Below the pieces are notes generated by a model. That model was given only the letters and a program-made list of their open reading frames with translations. It did not search any database and was not told the DNA's origin. From Armatimonadota bacterium (GTDB taxonomy: Bacteria; Armatimonadota; UBA5829; DTLH01): a stretch of 64,000 bases of DNA. Both the position numbers and the translations under genes were made by a program. Within the stretch, counting starts at the first letter, position 1, and every line of letters begins with the position of its first letter. The stretch is from assembly GCA_039679675.1 (NCBI GenBank), contig JBDKUN010000050.1, positions 32,001 through 96,000 of the forward strand, read 5' to 3'. Below, one piece after another: positions 20,950 to 31,101 of the stretch.

Positions 20950-21171
20950 TGCCCGGAGGCGAAGCGCCTTCAGGCGTAACAGTTCAGTTCACCTTTGCAA
21001 GAATTATATATCACCCTGAACAGCCAGCACGTCACCCTGAACTTGATTCAGGGTCCATTTTCTTCCTGGATGCTGAGTCAAGCTCAGCATGACGTTGTGC
21101 CATTCGGAATGATGTTGTGATAGTTCAGCATGATGCTATACTCATCAACTCTGAACTCTTACCCTCCGGGC
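20950..21171. repeat. Long nested palindromic element containing repeat family D
   Basis: Outer arms gcccggagg/cctccgggc. Inner ttcctggatgctgagtcaagctcagcatgacgt (21063-21095) recurs at 57518-57550. Confidence 0.75.
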
Positions 21172-21178
21172 GGGTATA

Positions 21179-21847
21179 TCACTTGCCAGTCTTTATACGG
21201 TTAAGATTCGAATAATCGATGCTGCTATTACCGGTAAAAAACTGGTCTATTGCTTTTGGAATGGTCACGTCAGTCGTATTTACGATGTCATTCTTGGTCC
21301 ATATCTTCCAGTAGCCGAGCGCTCCGTTAGCCATGCTGCTTGTCATGGCGACGGAGTAAGCTGTGCTGTCGGAAATGGGGCTGCCGCCGATACTGACGGA
21401 GGCCAGCCTGCCCTCCTGCGGCCCATCGGGGTTGAACGTGAAGCTGATTCCCGACACCTGCAGAAAACCAAGGTTGTTCTTGGGATAGATGAGCACGCTT
21501 CGCTCAAGCGCCTGCTTGATCTGCCTCCCGGTGAGACGCACCACGACTATCGGATCGTCCGTGTAGGCTATGTAAGCCGTAACATCCTCCGTGGAGACCT
21601 TACCTGCAGGGATTTGAGTACTGGATTCCTTCAGCTCGCTTGCGCTCACAAAAGCGGCATTCGCGCCTGCAGATGCCCGGATTGCATCCGCCACCAAGTC
21701 GCCAAGCGAGACCTCAGACTTCTGCACGCCCAAAGTCCCAAGCGCGCTCCGGCTAGTTGCCGTTGCCGCAAACGCGCTGCTCATGGCTATGAGCATAATC
21801 GCCGCAATCCATCCAAACCGAACTATTCTTGCTTTCATCTTTCTCAC
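21179..21847 (-). CDS. Secreted protein with only a 5'-nucleotidase C-terminal domain
   Basis: Signal peptide; EVSLGDLVADAIR, LTGRQIKQALE and FLQVSG. No metallophosphoesterase domain. Confidence 0.8.
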   Translation of the reverse strand: MRKMKARIVRFGWIAAIMLIAMSSAFAATATSRSALGTLGVQKSEVSLGDLVADAIRASAGANAAFVSASELKESSTQIPAGKVSTEDVTAYIAYTDDPIVVVRLTGRQIKQALERSVLIYPKNNLGFLQVSGISFTFNPDGPQEGRLASVSIGGSPISDSTAYSVAMTSSMANGALGYWKIWTKNDIVNTTDVTIPKAIDQFFTGNSSIDYSNLNRIKTGK

Positions 21848-21900
21848 ACCACCTTCTGGCGGTCAATTTACATTTACAACTAACTAAGACGTTACTTGTA

Positions 21901-23008
21901 TCAGCTGATGCCCTGTTTTGGTGCTGTCAAAAATGCCTGAATAAAATCATCTATGTCGCCGTCCATGACCCGGATGACGTCCCCAACTTCATGTCCAGTC
22001 CTATGGTCTTTTACCATTGTGTACGGCTGAAAAACATATGACCTTATCTGATTTCCCCACTGGATAGCTCTTAGGTCGCCTCGGATTTCCGCCATGCGAG
22101 CTTCGTCCTCCGCACGCTGCAGTTCCATCAGCCTCGCCTGAAGGACTTTCATCGCCATATCGCGGTTGCTGTGCTGCGAACGCTCATTCTGGCAGGAGAC
22201 CACTATCCCTGTCGGTATATGCGTAATCCGAACCGCCGAATCCGTCTTGTTGACGTGCTGGCCGCCCGCGCCAGACGATCTATATGTATCGATCCGTATC
22301 TCTTCCGGGTTGATGTGGACCTCTTCGGTCTCATCTATCTCAGGAATGACATCCACGGATGCAAACGACGTGTGCCGCCGCTTGTTTGCGTCGAACGGAG
22401 AGATGCGTACCAGCCGGTGGACTCCCCTCTCCGCCTTCAGATAGCCGTAGGCGTTTCTTCCCTGAACTAGAAAGGTCACTTTTTTGTATCCGGCCATTTC
22501 ACCCGCAACGGTATCGATGATCTCCGTGCGATAGCCGTGCCGCTCAGCCCACCTGAGGTACATTCTGAGGAGCATGTCGGCCCAGTCGCACGCTTCCGTG
22601 CCGCCTGCGCCCGCATTTATTTCGACAATTGCGCTCGATCTGTCGTGCTCTCCGGAAAGGAGCGTCGAAAGCTCGAACTGCCTGAACTCACGCAGAATAT
22701 CCTCGGCTTCCTGCTCGATCTCGCTTATGTCCTCTTCGCTTCCCTCTTCTTCGGCAAGCTCCACGAGGACCTGCAGGTCTTCCAGCCTCTCTTTAAGCTC
22801 CTGAATCGGCTCAATGGAGCTTTTTATCTGGTTCAGCTCCTGGAGCACCTTCTGGGCTTCTTGGGAATCGTCCCAAAATCCGGGTTCAGTTGTACTTTGC
22901 TCTAATTTATCTATCTCGACTTGTTTACCGGCCAAGTCAAAGATGTCCACCCAATTCCACTAGCTCTGCCAAAAGACTTTCGATTTCTCGTTTAACATCA
23001 ACGAGCAA
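21901..23008 (-). CDS. prfB: Peptide chain release factor 2 (programmed +1 frameshift)
   Basis: SPF and GGQ motifs. TTG start at 23008 with SD; CTT TGA C shift site at 22936-22942 preceded by GGGTGG. Confidence 0.96.
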
Positions 23009-23191
23009 CTAGTAACACCACCTTCTCTTCGTCTGTTATGTCTACCAGACGGATTATTAAGTTCGATGCAGCCGCCGTGCAATTGGCAGCAGCACCAATA
23101 GTATATTATACAATGGATTGGAAACGCGAATTACGCGGATTTAAAAACGGGAATTGCACCGGCAGCCCAAGTCGTAGTATAAATATATACG

Positions 23192-24070
23192 ATGAAAAAA
23201 GCAGATACAGCCGAAGTCGGCAGAAAAAATGGACTTGGAGTAAAGGTGCAACGGGGCGCAGGTATGGCGCTCGGTTATGTGGTGCTCGCCGCAGGCGCTG
23301 TGCTATTCGTGCTGCCGTTTTTGTGGATGATTTCTATCTCGCTCAAAGACCCGGTAGAGGTCGCATCATCCGGGCTGAACCTTATACCGCACAAGGCACT
23401 CTGGAGCAACTACCCGAAGGCCCTCACGATCATGCCGTTTCACCTTTACCTGCTGAACACACTTCAGGTGACTGTGCTTGCGGTTATCGGGACAGTGATT
23501 TCGAGCTCGATAGTCGCGTACGGGTTTGCGCGGCTCAAAGCTCCGGGCAAAGACCTGCTTTTCTACCTTGTCCTTGCGACGATCATGCTCCCCGGCGAGG
23601 TGCTTATGATCCCACGGTTCATAATCTTCCGCAGCATCGGGTGGTACGACACTCTCCTGCCGCTTTACGTCCCGGCGTTCTTCGGGAATGCGTTTTACAT
23701 ATTCTTAATGAGACAGTTTTTCCTTACAATTCCTGCCGACCTGGAAGATGCCGCCAAAATAGACGGCTGTTCGCCGCTTCGGACCTATTGGCAGATATTC
23801 ATGCCGCTCTCCAAGCCGGTAGTTGTGACTGTGGCGGTATTTTCGTTCGTCGCCCATTGGAATGACTTCATGACCCCGCTCATTTACCTCAACTCTGTGA
23901 ACAAGCGGACTCTCGCACTGGGGCTTGCGACGTTCCAGGATGTGTGGGGAGTGGATATAGTCTCGCTCATGGCTGCATCGACCGCCGTCCTCATCCCCGT
24001 GCTCGTCATCTTCTTCCTCGCCCAGCGCTACTTCGTCCAGGGAGTAGTAATGAGCGGGATGAAGGGGTAG
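23192..24070 (+). CDS. Carbohydrate ABC transporter permease
   Basis: EAA loop LEDAAKIDG, WNDF and multiple TM helices. Confidence 0.93.
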   Translation: MKKADTAEVGRKNGLGVKVQRGAGMALGYVVLAAGAVLFVLPFLWMISISLKDPVEVASSGLNLIPHKALWSNYPKALTIMPFHLYLLNTLQVTVLAVIGTVISSSIVAYGFARLKAPGKDLLFYLVLATIMLPGEVLMIPRFIIFRSIGWYDTLLPLYVPAFFGNAFYIFLMRQFFLTIPADLEDAAKIDGCSPLRTYWQIFMPLSKPVVVTVAVFSFVAHWNDFMTPLIYLNSVNKRTLALGLATFQDVWGVDIVSLMAASTAVLIPVLVIFFLAQRYFVQGVVMSGMKG

Positions 24071-24172
24071 ATTTTACGCTAACCATCAATATTAGCGTGA
24101 TGTATAAACTGAAAGTAGTTCTGCAACATTGTAAGTATTTCGCATTACTTCAGATTTGAGGTGTGTTGCATA

Positions 24173-25129
24173 ATGAACAATCCTGCAAGACGGCATCACT
24201 ATTTACCACAATCATATCTAAGAGGTTTCACCGCTGATGAAACTAAAGGTAGTGGTTTGTACGTCTTCGACCTCGAATTACGAAAAGCTATAGGTAAGCG
24301 AAGTTTGAAATCCATTGCTTTTGAAGAGGATTGGCATACCGTTGATTTTCCAGGTATGGCTCCAGACATATGCGAAACTACTCTCGGAAGATTTGAACAA
24401 CAAGCAATTGAAACTATCCGAAAAGTGACGAGTAATCTTACTTTCAATTATGACGATCTTTCTACGCTGATTAGTTTTGTCTCGCTCATAGCAGTTCGTG
24501 TACCTCGTTTTAGGGCAGGTGTCATTGCTGAGTTAGAGAATTTGACTGGGGAACCATTTGAAAGCGCAGCGTCAGAACCAAAAAATTGGGATGACATCAT
24601 AAAGCTGCTTTCGTCTGTAGATTCTGGTTGGAGTCAAAAGCACAGCGATTATTTCTTATCCGGTGGACATAAGTATATAGCGAATCCAAAGAATTACCAC
24701 TTTTTTACTACGCAAATCGCACAAGAAGCCATTTATGATTTGCTTGAACAGCGCAATTGGAACCTTTTCGTGGCTGAAGAAGGTTCAGGCAATTTTATAT
24801 GCTCAGATAATCCTGTTGGACTGATACACTCGCCGCCAAGGCTAGATTTCCATCAACCTTGGTTCGGGGATAAGGATACAGTGGTTACTTTTCCCTTAAC
24901 TCGGCGTGTTGCATTGGTAGGCCGGTTTGAGGATGAATCCTTTGTCATGCATGTAGATCGTAAATGGGTTGCCACCTTAAACAATCAAACCATACTAGAC
25001 GCTTGGCGATATTTATATGGCCCGCAGAAAGATTTTTATTGGACACCTGATGGTAATATCTATGGTGTTGACCAATTATTCCATCTCTTGCTTCCAATAC
25101 CCTGCCCTAACGAAAAAACCGAAACCTAA
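24173..25129 (+). CDS. DUF4238 domain protein
   Basis: RRHHYLPQSYLRGF N-terminus, FICSDNPV and FPLT; AT-rich. Confidence 0.8.
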   Translation: MNNPARRHHYLPQSYLRGFTADETKGSGLYVFDLELRKAIGKRSLKSIAFEEDWHTVDFPGMAPDICETTLGRFEQQAIETIRKVTSNLTFNYDDLSTLISFVSLIAVRVPRFRAGVIAELENLTGEPFESAASEPKNWDDIIKLLSSVDSGWSQKHSDYFLSGGHKYIANPKNYHFFTTQIAQEAIYDLLEQRNWNLFVAEEGSGNFICSDNPVGLIHSPPRLDFHQPWFGDKDTVVTFPLTRRVALVGRFEDESFVMHVDRKWVATLNNQTILDAWRYLYGPQKDFYWTPDGNIYGVDQLFHLLLPIPCPNEKTET

Positions 25130-25218
25130 CCGCTCTGAACAGCACATCATCTGCGGTGTCGATGGCCGGGACGGAGACCGGCCACTACAGCTATGGATGA
25201 GAGATAATACCTAAAACC

Positions 25219-25788
25219 TTACTGCCAGTGCCCCCGCAGAGTCTCGATGATCTCGTAGACGTGGTTTGCGTCTTTGATGTCGTGGAGAGCGAGAAGGTCC
25301 CAGTGGTCGAACCCCGCAAGGCAGTTCATCCCAGTGTTTCCGCACCAGGATGCGGTGAACGGAGATGGCCCGAACGTGATTGTGCCGGTGCCGTTCCGGC
25401 GGACGGCTCTCCCAAGCGCCGGTATCTGCATAATCTCCTCCGCCACCATCCGCCTGCCGCGCGCGTATACCAGTATCCGCCTGTTGGTCAGCCCGTAAAG
25501 GGTACGCCTTTTTCTCCAGGTTTTGTAAAAGAACCTGCCGAGCATCAAATAGCCGCCCATGATGATAAAGAGCGTTCCCCACAGTGCGAGCAGAACATGG
25601 CCTATGCTGATAGCTCCGAACAAGTATGACAGTCCGGTATTCAAAAACGAAATGCCGATCAGTATGCTGACCGGTATAAGAAGCACATCCGCGGGTGTAA
25701 GAAAAATACTCGTGTCCGGCTTACCTGTCCACAGGATAAGCTCGTCTTCATCCAAAAACGGTTCGAATACCCCTATATCATCCGCCAC
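25219..25788 (-). CDS. Membrane protein with bacterial PH-like domain
   Basis: E-ILWTGKP, two TM helices, YGLTNRRIL and GTGTITF. Confidence 0.7.
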   Translation of the reverse strand: MADDIGVFEPFLDEDELILWTGKPDTSIFLTPADVLLIPVSILIGISFLNTGLSYLFGAISIGHVLLALWGTLFIIMGGYLMLGRFFYKTWRKRRTLYGLTNRRILVYARGRRMVAEEIMQIPALGRAVRRNGTGTITFGPSPFTASWCGNTGMNCLAGFDHWDLLALHDIKDANHVYEIIETLRGHWQ

Positions 25789-25812
25789 GGCGAAACCTCT
25801 AGTGCAATACTA

Positions 25813-26412
25813 CTATGGCGATAATTCGTATGGGATATAGGTATTCGAATTCGGCTGCAGCTTCAGATAAAGCGTATTTCTAGGCTCCACTGTTCCCTTT
25901 TTATAATAAATAGTATGTCCATCCGCCTGTTTGCCCGTCGAAATGAACTCTGTCTGGTCTCCCTGCTCAGGCACGCCCGCCTGGATGATGTAATCCATAC
26001 CGTTCAGCGTGAACATAGCCGGAACATCCACTTTCTCATAACCACTTGACGGAACCTGTGCGTCTTGTGGAACCACCACCACACTTCGAGGTGCGGTAGT
26101 ATTCGCTTGTGGAGGTTCTTCGTAAATATAGACAGGCTTTACCCGAACGATCTCCCTTATACGCTCTTGATCTCGAATTACAACTTTACTGCCCTGGCTC
26201 TCAGATGGCTGCTGAGTTTGCTGAGGTTGCTGCGGCATTGGCTGTGGTTTAGGCTTCTCCGCTGCCTGTTCTCGCTGCGTGCGCTCTCTTTGTGCCTCTT
26301 CAAGGGAATTTGTGGTAACGGACCAGATAATGAAGAACAGTACTATCGCCAAAATAGCAGCTATCGCAACCCATACCCAGGGATCGGTGCGCCGTCTTCT
26401 GTTAACTTCCAT
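25813..26412 (-). CDS. Hypothetical membrane-anchored protein
   Basis: N-terminal TM helix, Q/P-rich linker and GGGAGG RBS. Confidence 0.7.
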   Translation of the reverse strand: MEVNRRRRTDPWVWVAIAAILAIVLFFIIWSVTTNSLEEAQRERTQREQAAEKPKPQPMPQQPQQTQQPSESQGSKVVIRDQERIREIVRVKPVYIYEEPPQANTTAPRSVVVVPQDAQVPSSGYEKVDVPAMFTLNGMDYIIQAGVPEQGDQTEFISTGKQADGHTIYYKKGTVEPRNTLYLKLQPNSNTYIPYELSP

Positions 26413-26543
26413 TGGAATAACCCTCCCATATTCAACACAGCCCCTTTATGCCTTTACCCCAAGGGTACAGCCAAAAAACCGGTCGATGAGAGAGAGAAAT
26501 TGTCTGGGAGATTACATTCTGAATGAGCCGGGGATGGTTCGAT

Positions 26544-27272
26544 CTAAACTGAACGCGCTGCGGATATAGCTTCGGGGAGGACTACGGAACCTACATAGAG
26601 CGCTTTTCCGAGGATTACGCCTTCAAGCCCTTTGTTTTTCAACGGGCGAAGACGTTTTATGTCTGCAATACTTCCGACTCCGCCTGATGCTATTACAGGA
26701 ATGTCCACTGCTGAGACCATCTTCTCTACGGCAAACGCATTAACGCCGCTCAACATACCATCTCTGGAAATATCGGTGAAAATTATACGTTTAGCTCCCA
26801 GAGCGGCCATTCGCCTGGCGAAATCCACTGCGCGCTCTTCAGTCCGGGCCTGCCAACCCCGCACGGCCACATAACCGTTCAGCGCGTCGACGCCGAGTAT
26901 CACCCGCTCACCAAGCTCATCGAACATCGTTTTTGCCGTTTCGCTGTCGAGTGCGGCGGATGTGCCGACTATTACCCGTTCCACACCGACATCCAGCACC
27001 TGCTTCGCCTTGTTAATAGACCTCATCCCGCCGCCGACCTGCACCGGGATGTTCACTGTGTTTACTATGGCTTCCAGTACACTCATATTTTCGGGCGCGC
27101 CGGTCCGCGCACCGTCCAGATCGACCACATGAAGCCTCGTCGCACCCTGCTGTTCCCATTCCTTCGCCATATCGGCAGGACTGTCGGAAAAAACCGTCTC
27201 CTGATCAAACTGTCCCTGGACAAGACGGACACATTTTCCTCCGATTATATCGATTGCAGGTATGACTTCCAT
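26544..27272 (-). CDS. hisA: ProFAR isomerase
   Basis: IPAIDI.GGKCVRL, HVVDLDGA, TDISRDG and ASGG. Confidence 0.97.
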   Translation of the reverse strand: MEVIPAIDIIGGKCVRLVQGQFDQETVFSDSPADMAKEWEQQGATRLHVVDLDGARTGAPENMSVLEAIVNTVNIPVQVGGGMRSINKAKQVLDVGVERVIVGTSAALDSETAKTMFDELGERVILGVDALNGYVAVRGWQARTEERAVDFARRMAALGAKRIIFTDISRDGMLSGVNAFAVEKMVSAVDIPVIASGGVGSIADIKRLRPLKNKGLEGVILGKALYVGSVVLPEAISAARSV

Positions 27273-27287
27273 AACTCTATTCTCCTG

Positions 27288-27896
27288 TCAGATTGCGGCG
27301 AAATTTTCCAGTATTCTGAGACCTACGGCCCCGCTTTTTTCGGGGTGAAACTGGGTAGCGTAGATATTGTCTTTTCCTATGACGGAGCAGAACTCTACCG
27401 CGTAGTCCGTATAGGCTGATGCGGCATCTTTCGGCGGGTCGATGTAGTAAGAGTGGACGAAGTAAACGCTTGCGCCGTCCGGGACTCCTGCCAGAAGCGG
27501 GCACTCACCCGTTTTTCGGAGCGAATTCCAGCCCATGTGCGGCACTTTCAACCCGGATTTATCCGGCGGCGGGAACTTTACGACCTTGCCCGAAATGATG
27601 TCCAGCCCGTCGAAGACACCCTGTTCCTCACTTTGAGTGAGCAGAAGCTGCATGCCCAGGCATATCCCAAGAAACGGCTTTCCGGAGCCCGCATAATCCT
27701 TAACGGCATCTATCAGCTCTAGTCGTCCGAGGTTTTTCATCGCTGCGCCGAACGCTCCTACACCGGGAAGGACCAGCCTATCTGCGCTTCGGATCTCATC
27801 CGGGTCCTGAGTCAGTTCGGCGGCATGACCGACGCGTTCGAACGCCTTCTGCACACTTCGCAGGTTGCCCATGCCGTAATCAACTATCCTGATCAA
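27288..27896 (-). CDS. hisH: Imidazole glycerol phosphate synthase glutaminase subunit
   Basis: DYGMGNL, PGVGAF, GICLGMQ, YFVHSY and QFHPEKS. Confidence 0.97.
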   Translation of the reverse strand: MIRIVDYGMGNLRSVQKAFERVGHAAELTQDPDEIRSADRLVLPGVGAFGAAMKNLGRLELIDAVKDYAGSGKPFLGICLGMQLLLTQSEEQGVFDGLDIISGKVVKFPPPDKSGLKVPHMGWNSLRKTGECPLLAGVPDGASVYFVHSYYIDPPKDAASAYTDYAVEFCSVIGKDNIYATQFHPEKSGAVGLRILENFAAI

Positions 27897-28180
27897 TCTG
27901 CCGCTCCGGTAAAACTATAGACTACAAATAATTCTGCTTAACTTACAGTATAGCAGAGAGACAGGCTGTGGAAAAGCAAAATTTTCAGCAAAAATCACAG
28001 AAAGTATGTTGGGGACAAGACCAGAGGACGGACAGCCAGGCCCTTTTTGGGCCAAATGCCGGCAAGCCGCTGCGGAACGCTCGCTGCCCGCCCTCCGAAA
28101 AGACCTTTACCCGCGACTTGGGAAGCACAAACCAAGTCACCTCCGCTCATATCCACAGGCATCTGTCCGCCTCCGGCGGA

Positions 28181-28221
28181 CGCTTCGGCAGCTATCGCGC
28201 TTTCTTCGAAAGCGCTGTCGC
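28181..28221. repeat. Palindromic intergenic repeat family A, second copy
   Basis: Reverse complement of 9655-9695. Confidence 0.8.
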
Positions 28222-28335
28222 AGCAGCATCATCGTAGATGATGCGAGAGCAAGCAGCCCGAAGCAATCACCAGCAGAGATAGAAACGCCCGCACGAGTGA
28301 CGCCGCGCGCCTTAATCGCGTATAATAGCTGAAGT

Positions 28336-29064
28336 ATGGACAGCATTTATCTAAGCGTCGTGATCCCGGCGTACAATGAAGAAAGAACCCTGGACGGCAC
28401 AGTCCGAGAGATATGGGCGTATCTGCGTGACCTTGAGCTTACTTACGAAATACTGATCGTAAACGACGGCAGCCTGGATTCCACCAAAGATATTGCGGAA
28501 AAACTCTCGAATGAGCTGCCGTTCGTCCGCATGGTCGACTACTCTCCGAACCGGGGCAAAGGCTCCGCCGTAAGGACCGGCATGCTGAAAGCGTCAGGGG
28601 AACGCATTCTATTTACGGACGCGGACCACGCGACCCCTATCCAGGAACTCCCCGCGTTTCTCTCCGCGCTCGACTCAGGTTTCGAGATCGCCATCGGCTC
28701 AAGGGCGGTAAGCGGCGCGGTCAGAGTCGTCCATCAGCCGTTTTACAGGGAGATCGGAGGAAGAGCGCTGAACCTTTTGATCAGAATGTTTGCCGTCCCG
28801 GGCATAAAAGATACCCAATGCGGTTTCAAGCTCTTTACGAGAGAAGCCGCGCGTTCGATCTTCTCCCGCTCGATCATCGACAGGTTCAGTTTCGATGTGG
28901 AAGCGCTCTACCTCGCGAGGTGTTCAGGATACAAAATTGCCGAGTTGCCAGTCCACTGGTCGGACCGCGCCAACTCCCGCGTGAACCCGCTCTGGGACGG
29001 GCTGAAGATGCTCTCGGACATAGCCAAAATCAGGTTTCACCGCTACAAGAGGTATACAGAGTGA
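28336..29064 (+). CDS. GT2 glycosyltransferase (dolichyl/polyprenyl-phosphate glucosyltransferase-like)
   Basis: VIPAYNE, NDGS, NRGKG, DAD and DTQCGFK. Confidence 0.92.
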   Translation: MDSIYLSVVIPAYNEERTLDGTVREIWAYLRDLELTYEILIVNDGSLDSTKDIAEKLSNELPFVRMVDYSPNRGKGSAVRTGMLKASGERILFTDADHATPIQELPAFLSALDSGFEIAIGSRAVSGAVRVVHQPFYREIGGRALNLLIRMFAVPGIKDTQCGFKLFTREAARSIFSRSIIDRFSFDVEALYLARCSGYKIAELPVHWSDRANSRVNPLWDGLKMLSDIAKIRFHRYKRYTE

Positions 29065-29900
29065 TCGGTTACATCGCAGGAGCGGCAGCAGGGCTATTGG
29101 CGGCATACTCTATATTCATCGAGCGAAAAGCCCTGGGACTGACGAAGCTCGAACTGAACTACAGCAGCCTTCCAAAGCCGTTCGACGGTTTCACCATCCT
29201 CCATCTCTCCGACCTGCACATCGCTCACTGGTGGGCAGTCGAACGGAAGATGGAAGAGATAGTGCGCGGGCTCGATGCGGACCTGCTCGTGATAACCGGC
29301 GACATTGCCGTGAGCGCGAAAGGCGCACAACTGGTCAAAGAATTCCTCGGCCGCGTACGGCCGGGCCGCGAGACTTTCGCGGTCTACGGCAACACAGAGC
29401 ACAAAGGAGATTTCGGCAGACAGCGTAGAGAAGACCTAGTATGGGACGGGCTACGTTTGTTGACGAACGAGCATGTCCTCATCGAACGTGGAGGAGACAA
29501 TATTATCCTGGCCGGAGTGGACGACCCATTTGAGCGGTACGACGACCTGCCACGCGCGCTCGAAGACGCTCCCGATGATAAATTCAAGATACTTCTTGCA
29601 CATGCTCCGAGTGTGGCGGGCGATGCAGCAGACGCAGGTGTCGACCTGCTGCTTTCCGGCCATACGCACGGCGGCCAGATCAGGTTTCCGCTGATCGGAG
29701 CAGTGTATCCTCACATAAGAAAGTATAAACAGCTGGTTATCGGGCTCTTCGAAGGCCGGAGACTCAGCAAGATCCTGAAGCGTGACACCGGTGAAATGAG
29801 AGTCTACGTCAGCCGTGGAATAGGCATCAGCAACCTGCCCATGAGGTTCCTCTGCCCTCCCGAAATCGTCCGCATAACGCTCCGCCGCACGCGGGACTGA
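29061..29900 (+). CDS. Metallophosphoesterase (YkuE-like)
   Basis: SDLH, TGD, GNTEH, SGHTHGGQ and SRGIG. GTG start overlaps the upstream stop. Confidence 0.88.
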   Translation: MIGYIAGAAAGLLAAYSIFIERKALGLTKLELNYSSLPKPFDGFTILHLSDLHIAHWWAVERKMEEIVRGLDADLLVITGDIAVSAKGAQLVKEFLGRVRPGRETFAVYGNTEHKGDFGRQRREDLVWDGLRLLTNEHVLIERGGDNIILAGVDDPFERYDDLPRALEDAPDDKFKILLAHAPSVAGDAADAGVDLLLSGHTHGGQIRFPLIGAVYPHIRKYKQLVIGLFEGRRLSKILKRDTGEMRVYVSRGIGISNLPMRFLCPPEIVRITLRRTRD

Positions 29901-29952
29901 AGCCTGCACGAGGTAATGCCGATAATCCCATATAGGAATTGGAGGGCACCCT

Positions 29953-30327
29953 ATGGCAAAGAGGATTATGATAGTAGATGACAGTATGTACACCCGGCTA
30001 GAGTTGCGCAACCTGCTGCTTTCCCACGGATATGCCGTTGCGGGAGAAGCCTCGAACGGACGTGCTGCCGTGGAAATGTACGACCGAATCAAGCCCGACC
30101 TGACCATAGTGGACGCACAGATGCCCGACATGGACGGAGTATGCACCATCCGACAGATCCACCTGCTTGATCCGAACGCATTATTACTGGTCTGCGCAAG
30201 TTCCGGAGAGAGAGGAATCGCTATGGAGGCGATGAGCGCCGGTGCTGTCGATTTATGCGTCAAGCCCTTTGTAGAAAGAGCCGTCACAAGCACCATCCGC
30301 CGTGCCCTGGCTGGGATTGTCCGCTAG
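29953..30327 (+). CDS. CheY-like response regulator
   Basis: IVDDS, D..MPDMDG and KPF. Confidence 0.88.
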   Translation: MAKRIMIVDDSMYTRLELRNLLLSHGYAVAGEASNGRAAVEMYDRIKPDLTIVDAQMPDMDGVCTIRQIHLLDPNALLLVCASSGERGIAMEAMSAGAVDLCVKPFVERAVTSTIRRALAGIVR

Positions 30328-30351
30328 GCCGCATTACCGGGCCTCTATACC

Positions 30352-31101
30352 TTAGGCAGCTTGCTCAAGTCCTGTCTCAGGTTGAGGAATTCTTCGCTTG
30401 TAGGCTCTGACCCATGTAGTCGGGTACCATACCAGCCTTTTACCCACGGCGAGCCTATGCCAGTGCGCCCGCCTGAAGTGACCTTGGACTTCAGTCGTCC
30501 GAGGTTTGGGTTCTCCCGGCTTTCGACGGATTATCCGCTTTTTCGGTCCGCTTGCAGACTGGAATGTATAGTATCCTGAAAGCGCCAGCTTTCTCTCAGG
30601 CCGCAGATTATGCCGGATTGCAAGCACATTCGGCGCAGTCACATACCCCGCAAGCCAGTAAAGCAGGTTTACGACTCTATTCTCCCCTTCCGGCAGAGTC
30701 TCGCCGGGAGTAAAGCTGAAATTATACCTCGGCAGCGCCGTGGCACGCCGTTCATCAAACCATACCCGGACTTTATAATGAAATTCACTGGTCACTGAGA
30801 CAAGTATGCCGCGTGCGCCCTCCCCTCGCTCGGTAGGAAGCTCCACAGGAGCATCGAACTGGATAAATACTGTGTCGAACGGCAATTGAAACTCCCGCTT
30901 CAGGTCTTCAGGCGCTTCGCCGTTCTCCACGAGACGCTCTGCCTCATCACTTCCGATTATGAAGAGCTCGGCGGAGCATATTTCCCGTTCTATTTCCGAA
31001 GTGTCTACTCCCATCAGCCCTGGAAGCGCCAATTCAGCGGATTCTTTTGCTTCTCTCAGCCTTTCGAGAAGCCTCTCAAACCATATAGTTCTTACTTGCA
31101 T
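30352..31101 (-). CDS. Hypothetical protein with basic, phage-like C-terminal motif
   Basis: GHFRRAHWH...WYPTTWV; AAGGAG RBS. Confidence 0.65.
   Translation of the reverse strand: MQVRTIWFERLLERLREAKESAELALPGLMGVDTSEIEREICSAELFIIGSDEAERLVENGEAPEDLKREFQLPFDTVFIQFDAPVELPTERGEGARGILVSVTSEFHYKVRVWFDERRATALPRYNFSFTPGETLPEGENRVVNLLYWLAGYVTAPNVLAIRHNLRPERKLALSGYYTFQSASGPKKRIIRRKPGEPKPRTTEVQGHFRRAHWHRLAVGKRLVWYPTTWVRAYKRRIPQPETGLEQAA

Noticed and set aside
28818..29060. N-terminal extension of the metallophosphoesterase in the ORF track
   Set aside because: Overlaps the GT2 gene; GTG at 29061 coupled to the GT2 stop is the more plausible start.
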